DNA of 64,000 bases, from positions 54,128,001 to 54,192,000 of the forward strand of contig NC_087437.1 of NCBI RefSeq assembly GCF_036321535.1, in the 5' to 3' direction. The translations under genes were made by a program, and so were the position numbers. Positions 13,180 through 24,389 of this stretch are shown here, one piece after another (position 1 is the stretch's first letter; every line of letters starts with the position of its first letter). This DNA is from Camelus dromedarius (lineage: Eukaryota). The notes under the pieces are model-generated. The model was not told the DNA's origin. It ran no database searches and worked only from the letters and a program-made list of their open reading frames with translations.

Positions 13180-14102
13180 ACTCTGTCCGAAAATCACCGC
13201 GCGACCACAGCTTTCCACACCCGACTGCCCCCTACTTTTTTTTCCCCTATTAGGGGGAGGGGGTTGCCTCCATAGGGCAAAACTGGAAAACATTTAATTT
13301 ACTGGGTCTTCTTTCCCATGCTCACGCCTCTAGCGATCACAGCGCGGTAACTGGAGCTGCGTTCATGTATTATATGTTGATTTTTCCAGTCCGAAATGCT
13401 GAATGTAATGGGAAGAGAAAGGGTGCACTTGTCTTCAACAAGCAGAATGGTACTCGACAGTATTAGCAGAACTTCCTGCCAAATACTGGTCAACCAGCGA
13501 AAAAGTCAGGAATAAACTTCTGATTCCCAAGGAGAAAAGGGGCCCTAGAGGCCAAGGGCAGGAGAGTCCCATCCAGGCTTACTGCGCACCGCTAAGCCGA
13601 AGATGGGGGAGTGGGGACGAATATGATCTTTTGGTGGGGCTGTTGGTCTCGGACTGGGAGGCGAGAAGGGTTAGGAGGAGCCGTTTCTGGCTTCCAGTGG
13701 GGCGAAGAGAAACCAGCCAGCTTTCCCACAACACAGCACCCTCGCTCGGATCACTACGGCGGCTTTCCCACTTGTTGCGCAGTGCAGGAAACCGGCACGC
13801 GCCACACTACTCTGACTCCCAGAGGGCTCCAAACCCAGCTGGAGACCAGCCTACCATTGCCCCAGTCCATCCACAAACCTCCCTCCCCAACCCATCCCCC
13901 GATATACACCACCAGCATCGCTGGCAAAACGACAGGACTTCCAGTCACTATGCTTTTTAACACCATAACATTCCTCTTTATCTTAGTATCAGACAGGCAG
14001 CAGAATTCAGGTGCCCTGAGAAGTCAAGTCCAATAGGGAAGGAGGGCTACTACCACCGCCTGGAAAACTCGCCTACTTAAAGACAACCAGCAACCTTCCC
14101 CT

Positions 14103-14140
14103 GCGCGCGCGCGCACATGCAGACACACAGACACACACAC
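14103..14140. repeat. (GC)n/(CA)n alternating purine-pyrimidine tract
   Basis: gcgcgcgcgcgcacatgcagacacacagacacacacac. Confidence 0.8.
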
Positions 14141-15769
14141 TCGAACTACTTTGCCTGTGACACCATCCTAACTGGAAAGCAGCTTTTCCCCCTCTTTTTG
14201 AGACCAACTGCGAAATCTTTTTTTAAAGTTAGTTTTGTCAATCCTCTTTCTAAAGAAAGAAAAAAATCCTCATAAGGTCATTTCACAATATTTTTCAAAT
14301 ATTTGACTTTTGCAAATAGTTTCACCCACCGAGGGGTGGCGCTGCCGCACCACCTCCTCTGAATCAATTTTTTTCACAACAAAGTGGGTTGTGAGTGTGG
14401 CTACCCGGCAGTGGAGAGGGAAGGAAGAATTTTGACATCTAGTCATGGCTACCATTTACTCAACCAATAACTGGAACTCTTTAAGGCTCAGCAAACGACA
14501 ACTTAAGAGTTTTGAGTCCCATCCCTGTCCACCAAACCCAGAATAAAAATTGAACAGTCTTTTTTTAAGAAAACAAGGGGCAGAACCCTTCAAAATTGAG
14601 CACAGAAGAAATCGCTAATTGGAGAATTCCCACTTCTTCTAGCTATCTTCTTCACATTGCCCAGTTTTTACAAACAGCTTCTAGCTTTATGGCCACTATC
14701 AACAGATCTTTAAGCAATTAGTCAATGCTTGGGCCTGCAGTATTGGAAAAGTCTTCCAAATAGGATATTGGAAACTTCTATTTATAAATGGGGGAAGGGG
14801 GGATATTTCCCATCTACAGGTTTCTATTTTGGCCTGAAGACTCAACTGTAGTCATTTTAGCAAGGGAATGCCCATCTCCTGGTACTCCCTTTCCATTTCC
14901 TCCTCCCTCAGAGACAAATATCTTTTCTCCTTAAAAAAAAAAAGCATATATTTAAAAGTGAGAATGTGATTTCACCTCGTTCCTTTGAGCTCATGTTTGC
15001 TACCTCCAGGAATAGCGTGTGGACTAGGGCCAGATGAACTTCAACTTGGGCTGCAGATTTACGAGGTTCTGTTCCAGTGCCAAAGGCTCTTGGTAGTAAA
15101 TAGTGAGCAAAATAGATACCTGTCTCCTGACAGATCTTACCAGTCCCCCCTCTTATTTTTTTTAAGTTATTTATTAAAACCACACACACCTTGCAAAGAA
15201 AAAGGGAAACTGGCAGTCTCTGTAGAGGAAGCCGGTGGCATCGCTCAGAGCCACAAACTGTATTTCTAAACAGCCCTTTCCCTGGTTCCTTCTCTCCTGC
15301 CCCACTTTTTTTTTTTTTCTGGACAGTAAAAACAAAAAAAAGCATATAAGCATATACTGACATTAAAAAAAAAGTAAAAGCATTACAAGACTTTCCTTCT
15401 GGAAACTAAACTGATTTTTTAAAAAATCCATAAAGGACTAAATCAGTTTCCTGAGGGGGATGACCAGCTCACTAAGGAGGTCAGGGACCCAGTAACAGCC
15501 CTGGACTTTGAGCACCCAGTTTGGGGTCATTCCCTCTGCTCAGCTGTCAGGACCCCTACCACCAAGTCAAACATTCCAAGAAGGCACAGTATAAAAGGAG
15601 TCTTTTTCATTCTTTTTTTTTTTTTTCTTTTTTAATCTTTAAGGTGTGTTCTTGTTTTCCATGGGGTAGCTTTTAAAACTCATTATTGCAACGCGAGTTC
15701 CATTTTTGGCCAGAGTTCCAATAACACGGCATCATAAAGGCAATGCAATCCACAGTTCTCAAGACATTT

Positions 15770-17100
15770 ACCACGGTCACTACATCCGGCAGCGGGGTGG
15801 CCCCTCGCTCCCGCTGCTCCCTACCGCAGCCGATTTCCGAGGCTCCAACTCCTTACCCGCTCCCGCCCCGGGCCGCCGCCGCCGCCGCCTTCCCCCATTC
15901 TTACTCCCTCGAGGAGAGCCACAGGTTGCAAATCCAACCAACCTCGCAATCCGTTTTTGCAAAATCACTCACAAAGATCTCCCGTTCCCGCCCGCGCCCC
16001 CTCCTCCCGCGCCGGGTCCCCCAGTCAGGGCCACAAAGTGCCCTTCTCTCCTCCTGGGTCTTGCACGCAGGAACGCGGGCTGGGGCTGTTTGTTTTTCCC
16101 CTCACCCAGTGCAAGGACCTCGGGAACCTGAAGCCTGACGCCGGCTACTCTCTGGCCCGCAGGGTTTTTAAAAATTTATTTGCCTGTTTTTACAAAGCTT
16201 GCACCATGGGAAAAATAAAATTTAGGAAAGCTGGGGGAACAGCCATTGGGAGCTAACACCGAGTCACGCAGCGCCCAAAATACAAACACCGCGACCGCCA
16301 GAAATCCCGCCACCTTCCCGCTTGGCTGGGCCGTCCTGTGAAGGTTCCCGGAATCCCCGCACGCTGAACAGCACCGCAGGTGCAAACGCGCACCCCTCTC
16401 CCACCCCACCCCCCAAATCCCCGTCCCGCCACCAGCCTCTCTCCCCAGGATGGGGAGAGGGAACGCGCGGGGGTTCCCAACTCCGTCGACTGAAACCAAG
16501 AAAGAATAATTTTCAAAGTATTCAACATCCCCGCCCCCAGGCAAAGCTAAGCCTCTCCCAAAACACAGGGGAAGGGGACACCAAAACAGTCGGATCTCGT
16601 TAGGAAGATCACGGCTCTAAAAGGAAATAGTAGAACCGACACTTCATCTGGGTTTACGGGGAAAAACAAAAACAAAAAACCGAGGAGTTCGCCTGCATTT
16701 TTCCTCCCAAATCTCGGCTCGGGGGTAGGGAATCTAGAGGACCGAGGCCAGTAGAAGGGAGCCAGCGGGGCGAGCGAGCGGGCAGCCTCCCTCCTCGCCT
16801 CTCGGAGTTACCAAGAAGGACGGCAGAGGGGAAGGAAGCAGAGGAGGGAGGGAGGGAAGGGGAGGCTGGAGCGAGAGAGCAAGGAAAGCAGTTTGCAAGC
16901 GAGAAAAGAGGGAAAAAACACAGCCGCACGAATCCAGCCAGATCACAAGCCGTACGCAAGCAGCAGCAGAAAAAGCGAGAGCGCGAGCGCGCGTCCTCTC
17001 CGCCGTCTGGGGCCAGACAGCCCCCAGACTTGCCCGAATCACCCCCCAAGCACTGTCTCGTCCTCTCTGCACCGGCCACCCCCTAATTCCCCTCCTTCCT
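15770..17100. promoter_or_regulatory. CpG island in the 5' part of intron 1
   Basis: Visibly high GC and CpG density (for example ccgccgccgccgccgcc ~15873 and gcgcgagcgcgcg ~16981). Boundaries judged by eye. Confidence 0.8.
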
Positions 17101-17390
17101 CTCCTCCACCTCCTTTTCAAAAACCAAAACAACACAAGGGAGGGCGGCAAAAGCCTCCCCAAACCGGCCGATTCACTCAAAGACAACAAGAATAAAATAA
17201 TAAATATATAAAAATCTATATCCTAGAGTGGGAGAGACGTGGGACTAATCTTCGGCATTTATTTTAACACCTGACAGCTACAATAAATAAATATATACAT
17301 TTACATCAATAGATACACATAGGAAACTTGGAGCCAAAGCATTTGGCAAGAGCGGAAAAAAAAGAATTAAAAGGTAAAATAATGATCATG

Positions 17391-17466
17391 AGCAGCGGCG
17401 GCGGCAGCGGCACCAGCGGCAACAGCGGCGGCGGCGGCAGCAGCAGCAGCGGCGGCAGCAACAGCA
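17391..17466. repeat. Imperfect GCA/GCG trinucleotide repeat at the start of intron 1
   Basis: agcagcggcggcggcagcggcaccagcggcaacagcggcggcggcggcagcagcagcagcggcggcagcaacagca. Confidence 0.9.
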
Positions 17467-17474
17467 ATAATCAC

Positions 17475-17790
17475 CTGGTGTCCGGCCTTTCCTAGAAACT
17501 TCTTGCATCACCACTTCTAAGAACCCCAGTTCTAAGAATCAACAGAGCTCAATTCTCGGAATTTGAGCTGCGGACTTTACCACTGCTACGTGGCAGGGGA
17601 GGACTCGGTGTCAGCTCTCTGCCACCTTTGCCTCTCCTCGCCCATAAAAAGCCCTCAAAGCCACGGCATTTTCCCACTACCCGGCATATTCCTAGGTCCT
17701 CATGGCCTTGGCGTCTAGGGTTTGGAGGTTTAGATGCGAGGCTCCGGGGGCCAGACGGTGGCTCTCCCTCCCCAGGCCCGGGACGATGGT
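17475..17790 (-). other. BCL6: BCL6 exon 1 (non-coding, major promoter); 5' end approximate
   Basis: Ends ...GGCCGGACACCAG|GTGATT. Contains the known BCL6/STAT site cluster. The 5' end ACCATCGTCCCGGGCC resembles the recalled start of the human mRNA. Confidence 0.88.
17489..17561. promoter_or_regulatory. Cluster of four TTCN3GAA (STAT5/STAT3/BCL6) sites in exon 1; BCL6 autoregulatory element
   Basis: TTCCTAGAA 17489-17497, TTCTAAGAA 17515-17523, TTCTAAGAA 17530-17538, TTCTCGGAA 17553-17561. BCL6 auto-repression and STAT binding in exon 1 are established in human and mouse. Confidence 0.88.
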
Positions 17791-18050
17791 ACGGTCTGCT
17801 CCGCCACCATCACGTGGGCGCCCCCTCTGTGACGTCGGCGTCTTCGCTGTAGCAAAGCTCGGCCTCTGGAATTCTGAGAACTAATTTGCTATTCGGTGAC
17901 ATAAGAGGGGGAGTGCGCTTTGCTTTCCCGGGGTCTGGGGCTAATTCCTCCTCTCTTACCCATAAACTCAGCTCCTCGAGCTCAATACACAAAAGGGAGC
18001 GAGAAGGTCGAACCGTTGGAAAAAGTCTGTTATATATAGTAGGTTTCGAG
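17791..18050 (-). promoter_or_regulatory. BCL6 proximal promoter
   Basis: CpG-rich. E-box CACGTG 17811-17816, CRE-like TGACGTC 17830-17836, GAS TTCTGAGAA 17872-17880, octamer-like ATTTGCTAT ~17884-17892, TATA/MEF2-like TTATATATAG 18030-18039. Confidence 0.75.
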
Positions 18051-18945
18051 GCGAGTAAGAGAAAAAACAATAAACACCACAGCTCTCTCCAGCTAGAAAT
18101 ATTAGGCACCACGAGAAAAATATTTGCCAAGCAGTTTTTCGGTGGGTTCATTTGCTTTATTTTTATTTGGGACAGTATTTTTTTTTTTCCTGGTGTAGTG
18201 GCTTGGGATTTGGGGTTGTATTTTGATTGTTTTCGGATTTTTGCTTCTGATTTTCGCCTTTTGCAACTTTGTGATGTTACGTAAATCGTAGGATCCCGCA
18301 TCGGTTGGATTTTGTTTTGAGTGTTTCTTTCTTTCCCCTGTCTAATCCCTGAAGCGCTTTAAAGAAGATGTGTTATTTTAATACTGATTCTATTGAAAGC
18401 AGCTTAAATTTTTGGTCGTATGTAGCAATCCCAACCCCCACTTTTGGGGAGGGGTGCAATTTTCTTTTTCCCCTTGGACTTTTACTAAGAGAAGGCTCTC
18501 CTTGCCTTGAGAAACATGTTCAAAGGATTTGTTTTGTTTTGGTTTGTTTCTTTCCAGGACAGCAAGTGGTGGGTTTACTCTTTCTGTTATTGTTGACTCT
18601 TAGGAAATTTCTTGCTACAAGAAACGTTGTGTGTATGTGGGTTTGTGTAAGCGTGTGTTCTACAGAATTCTGTGAGCTAAATATGTGTTTGTGTTTTGCT
18701 TTTTCTTAAGGTTTTGATTCACCCCCTCTGCCTCCCAGCTCGTTTCAAGGTCGCTGTAAAAAATCTCTCCTGTCTGTGTTTAAAGAGATCAGCCGGAGGG
18801 AATTCTAAAGGCCTGGCATGCCAGTATCACAGATACTGCGTGTATTTAGAACAGACTGTGCTACAACTACAAGGCGCTGCACGCAGCACAGTCCTCTTAG
18901 CGTTAGAGCTGAGTTAAGAGGAGGAGGAAAAGGGGCGAATCTTTC

Positions 18946-19001
18946 TTCCTTCCTTCCTTCCTTCCTTCCTTCCTTCCTTCCTTCCTTCCTTCCTTCCTTC
19001 C
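18946..19001. repeat. (TTCC)n microsatellite, about 14 units
   Basis: Perfect ttccttcc... run seen directly. Confidence 0.95.
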
Positions 19002-22000
19002 TCTTTTTAAAGGCAAATGCAGTGCAGAATCATTTCACTGTGGGCCTTGGTTTGTTTACTCAGAACTGCCAGTTTCCCTATTTAAATGTTGGTTGGGGTT
19101 TTTTCCCCTCCTACTCATCCCTGAATAAGGGAGACTCTTGTTTCTTTTATGTCTCTCTCTTAAAAGAAGGGTGTGAGGGGAAAATAATATTTCAGATTCC
19201 TCAAGTATTAACCCAAAATGTTTGGACCAGAAGCAGCTTTCAAAGGTCAGGCTGTTCTGAGCCTTGGCTATGAGAGTCCTTCAGGCGACTCATTAAATTA
19301 CAGACGAGTTCTTAAAGGTTCCACAAAATTTCTGCACGTGTTAATTTCCAATAATGATATCTTCCCAAATAATCTACCTCTCCTAACCCCACATTTGGGT
19401 TTTTAGTGGAGAAGTGAGCAGAGCTATGAAAGATTGCTGGTTGTTTCCTGGGAAATTTGGGATCTCTTTCTCGGAAGAAGTCCGTAAGAAGTTCAGATCT
19501 ATCGCTGAAAATGTTGTTTTCCATGCAGCCCCACTTTTGAAAAAGCTGTTTTGAGGCTTTCAGAATCAGGAGAGATCCAAAGGGGCTGATTATTTTCCAC
19601 GAGGGCTGGAGCTTAGGAAATATGCGTAAGTATCTGTCCCTGGGAAATCTGAATATTTTAATACTTATTGACAGATGGATTACTGCAGCCTTTGCAGAAA
19701 AAGCCTGTCTTGTGAAGGGTTTTTGAAAAATATACATAGGCCTAATTCTGTCACTGTTGTTGGAGTGAGCATTTTACCCCCAAAGAAGCATGGTATCGTC
19801 AAGTGCAGGTTTGTTTTGCCAGAAGGCAGACTATCTGGGTTTTTTTTTTTTTTTTTTTTTTTTTTTGTCTTCTTCTCCCTCATTTTCAAAGAGTTGTAAA
19901 GGAATCCCACTGGATTCAAAATGACACCCCAATTTTGCTGAAGTGATCTTCTTTGTGTATTTATGTGTTTGATAATTTTTTCTTTTACGTGTAATAAGAA
20001 CTTTAGGGTTTCTCAGGTGTATCTATGTGGTTTGGGATGTGAATTGTATGGCTCTGCCCTATTATTGATTCTACAGTGAGATCACTTTTGTAATTTTTGG
20101 TCACCTATTTGTCAAAGTTGCCATTCTACCTCATTGTCTCCTCCCCCCTCAAACACACAACTTGTCCCTCCTATGTTCTCTTTGCCACTCCAATCTTAGC
20201 CCCATGGGGGCGCTGCAGAGCAAAGGGAAATCTCCCTCTGGCAGGAGAACCAACCAGAGTGGGGGCTGGGAATGAATTCACCCTTCTGGTACCTCAGCCC
20301 TGTTTAAGTCTCTTCAGGGAGCCCTTTGAGGGCGACCCCACCCAGGTCTGCTTTATAGAGAATTAATCCCACTACCAGGGACCTCAGACCTTCTCAGAAC
20401 ATTATTTCTGGGGCCAAGTGCCAGAGTCCCACATTTCTACTACTGATTTTGTTTTTTTGTTTGTTTGTTTTTTGGCCAAATTAAAGTGTTCATATTGAAA
20501 GAGATTGATTAGAACAGGAGGCTTTTAGAAGAAAATAAAATTGAAACTGTTCAAAAGATAAAGACTTACTTTTAGGTGGGTCCCTTTCTCTCTACTGAAT
20601 GAATAGTGAGGAAAATTGTGTACCCACCTCTCAATCTCTTTTCAATTCCTGGGAAAGTAACTATCAAATTTTACACCAATTGGATTCCTTCCAGAATGTC
20701 CTGCCTTCTCTCATTCTGGATCTCCACTTATTAGTAGCCAGTTGGCTTCACGTGTGGATGTCCCTCACCTCACTCACTCCAGCAGTGCTATGGAATAGGA
20801 TTAAAGAAAGGATTGACTTGAATATATTCAAATACTTAAGAAGCTCTAAAGAGAGATTCCATGTCTGGGGTCTTATGCGTGATTCCTGTGGACTTGAAGG
20901 GACTATGTGTCAACCAGTCCTATGATTTAATAGTTACTGACTGTTAATGCTCAAAGGACCAAGCCAGCCTCTTTGCCTTGGTGGTCTGGGCATAGTAATA
21001 GTTTCATAAGCACACGTTCTGGATAAAGATAAGCTTTGTTACAAAATAAAATACCCTAGTCCTAATATTACATCTATTTAAGGAAAGGAATAGATTTTTG
21101 CATCAAGTTCCCCTCACAAAGCCTTCCCCATGATTCAGTCATAGCTGAAAAGGAAACTATCCTTAAATAAACACTGTCTTGTCCTCTTTCTAAGGGGGCT
21201 CCAAATAGGAAACTGGTTTCACCTTTTAGGAACTTCTGGTACCTTGGTAGATCTTTAAACTGTCACATCACAGAATTATAGATTTTAGAACTGGAAGGAA
21301 CCTTGCTAATCCATCACTCAGCTCCTCCCTCGAGGCTTCCTTCTTTCAAGAGTACTGGATAGTCATCACTGCGGGCAAGACGTGCATGACCCCAGAACAC
21401 CACTAAGAGGTCAGCCTGGTTTGATGGTCCTGTGTCGGTTTAGAGAATCCAGGTGCTCTGACTACATGGGTTTGGAGGTGGATGTCTTGTTTGCTGGCAG
21501 AATTGGGGAAAGTGAGTCTGCTTTGGGCTCTGTGCAAATTGTAAACTGGTTCTCCGAACGAACTCCAAGTCATGATGTATATTAAGTTGTGATGGTCATT
21601 CGGGCTTGGTTATGCCTGTCACCTGTGCTGCAATCCTTGACACTTCTTTTGATTGCTATGGGGTATCTTATGTACTCATTCGTTTTATTTCAAATCCTTC
21701 ACTCAGAACTATTGTAAACAAGCTCTCTATTATCCTTGGAGAAAGAAAGGATTTTTTTTTTTTGATGTGATTTAGAGAAATTGAGCAGAAAGTTTTGAGA
21801 CATTAAAAAAAAAGAAGATGATTTCCAGTCAGTACCTTCAGAAAAAGAAGTGTCAACATTTAATTTTGATCCATATGCTGCCTGCTTTCAGCCTGTATTA
21901 TTCTAAGACTTTTCTTTCTCTTTAGAAACCTTTCCAGCCTAGCTCAGAGTTTTCCCCACAACACTGATTTTTCCACACTTTTCTCACTTATTTAAAATGG

Positions 22001-24389
22001 AAATAAATATCAAGAGCTTAACATAGAGAAGTGATGGGGGGGGTGCATAATCATTTGTTTATTGCATTCGATCACTGTTTTGAATAACAGGGTTTTCACT
22101 TCCTATGAAACCTTAGCATGAGGGAAAGCAGCAGCTGAACGGGGAGGGGGATGCAGGGAGGAGAGCACTTGAATGTTTGTAAACTCTGGGTGACTGGCCC
22201 ACCCTCCCGCCGGTGCTGTACTGAGCTGTCTTTACTACCTAAGGCTAGAAGTGGAAAAACTTGATTTGCCTGTTGTGTCTGCATTTTTTTTTCTTTCTTC
22301 TCCACACCGCCCTCTGTACACCTGACCATGCAGAAGCCTATCTGAAGCCAGCTTGATGGCAGGGAGAGCTGGAGAGCAGAAGAATGTGCCGAGGGAGGGA
22401 GTGCTCGGTACTTTTCCATTCACATCTCCACAGTGGCTTTTCTTGTTTATTTCAACCTCCACCCGCAGAACCCTTTCAGCTGCCTGAAATCCGAGTCATT
22501 AAACTGTTCCCTGAGGTCAGACCACAGATGCTCGGTGCATGATTCCTACATGTCGGTGTCTCTGTAACATATGTACATACAGAGATGTACGCATAAACGT
22601 GCAACTCCGTGAGGGCACAGTGTGAGGCAGGGGAAAAAAAAATGACTGGGTTTGTGGCCAAAAAACCTTGGTTTCTAATTACAATTCTGCCTGGAACTCC
22701 ATATGGGACCTGGAGCAAAATCACTTGTCAGGACTCAGTTTCCTCAACTGTGTGAAAGAATAACCCAGATGATTTACAGGCTGTCTGTCTGTTCCAAATC
22801 CTATGCCTTTACATCTAAATACATATTCATATAACTTTAAGTTGGAGGTGGGTTGGAAAGGAGCTGTGTGTATATGTGTCCCTGGGGTGGGAGAAGGAGT
22901 TAAAATGTAAACTTCTAAGTAAAGAGGGCAGTCCCAGAATCCTCACCTCTATCAATTTTTAACCAATTATAGACCAAAGTCTGGGACTGTGTTGAGTAGG
23001 TCCAAAAGCCATCTGAAGATTTTAAATGTTAAGAGTTGGAGGAGGCCAATTCTAAGCCCTTGTACCTTTGATCTCCAGAATTCATAATCAGATGTGACAG
23101 TTCCCAAGTGTCTTTTCTGCACTACAGTTCTCTTTTTTTTCTTCTTCTTCTTCCGTTTGTTTTTGGAAACTGTCCCAGTAATGATAGGAAGGAGTTGACA
23201 CTTGTAAACTGGGCACTCTTTAAGCCACTGGGACCCACAGGGATGTAAAAAATATCATAATATTCACACACACACACACACAAGAAGAAGAAAAAGAAAA
23301 AAGAAGAAGGAAAAAAAAAAAAAAACCTAGAGAGAGATTCCTGGTAAGAAACTTAGAGGTAGCTCACCCATCACTGCATTAAAGGTAATTGTCTGAAGTC
23401 AAAGGAAATAACAGATAAGGAGTTTGCCCTTATTTAAAAAAAAAAAGAAAAAAAAAGCTTGCTCTACCAGAACAAACTTGAAAACAATGAAAGAGAAATA
23501 CTTTCTACCAATATTTCCTATACTTTTAAAATCTTTATTCTTTAAAAAGAAAGGTCTGAAGTTTCTCAGGCCTGGTTGTCTAGACATAAGAAGGCCTTTA
23601 ACAGACGTCGGCATCTTCAGGAAATAATCAAGTAGCTCCTGTTTATTAGCAGTGAACTCCACCCCAGCACCATCCCTCCCCTTACACCTTCTGGAGTATT
23701 GATGCCCACGTACAAGGAGAGATGGAGCCAACTACATTCTCTCAGTGGACAGCTATTGAGAGTCATAATATACCAGCACTGGGAGGCTCCTTAGCAATTA
23801 TCTAATTCAGCACTACTGATTTCATATATTTGGAAATTGAGGCCCACACAGAATGCACTTGCCACACACACTGGATCAGACAGAGCCAGATCCAGAGCTT
23901 TGACACCCTGATTCTAAATCCACTGCATTTTCCATGGCTTACCATGAAAAGAGGATATAGGGTGGGCAGCCCTGCAAAAGGGCCATTTGCTGAGGCCTTA
24001 CATTCAGAAAAGTTGCCACCTTTGGACTTTTGGCATAATCTCCACTGAGGTTGTGCATCAGTCTTAGCAGTGCAGTGACAGGACGGAAGGGAGAAGACCA
24101 TCGTGCACAAGCTCTAGGTGTGGGTCCCAGTGTAGGAGCCCCCGCGGGCCCCTACAGTGCTGTGATTTCATACTGTTAACCAACCTTTACTTGTCTTATG
24201 GATGGTGCTACTGTATTTTAATTGTGTATGTGTTGATCTTCAAATGTAAAATGTAATATGTGTTTGGCCTAGAAGCAATGTCGCTGCAGCAGCAAAGAGC
24301 ACAGCTAGTGGCAGGTGCTGATGTCTGACACCACTCTCCAGTAGTGGAGGGCAAGGCGTGGCTGCTTCTAGATCTAGGGCAAGGGCAGC

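Noticed and set aside
15706..18301. Numerous 100-160 aa ORFs around the promoter
   Set aside because: Expected by-product of stop-poor CpG island and low-complexity DNA.
18818..19273. ORF with a SFLP repeat
   Set aside because: Translation of the (TTCC)n microsatellite.
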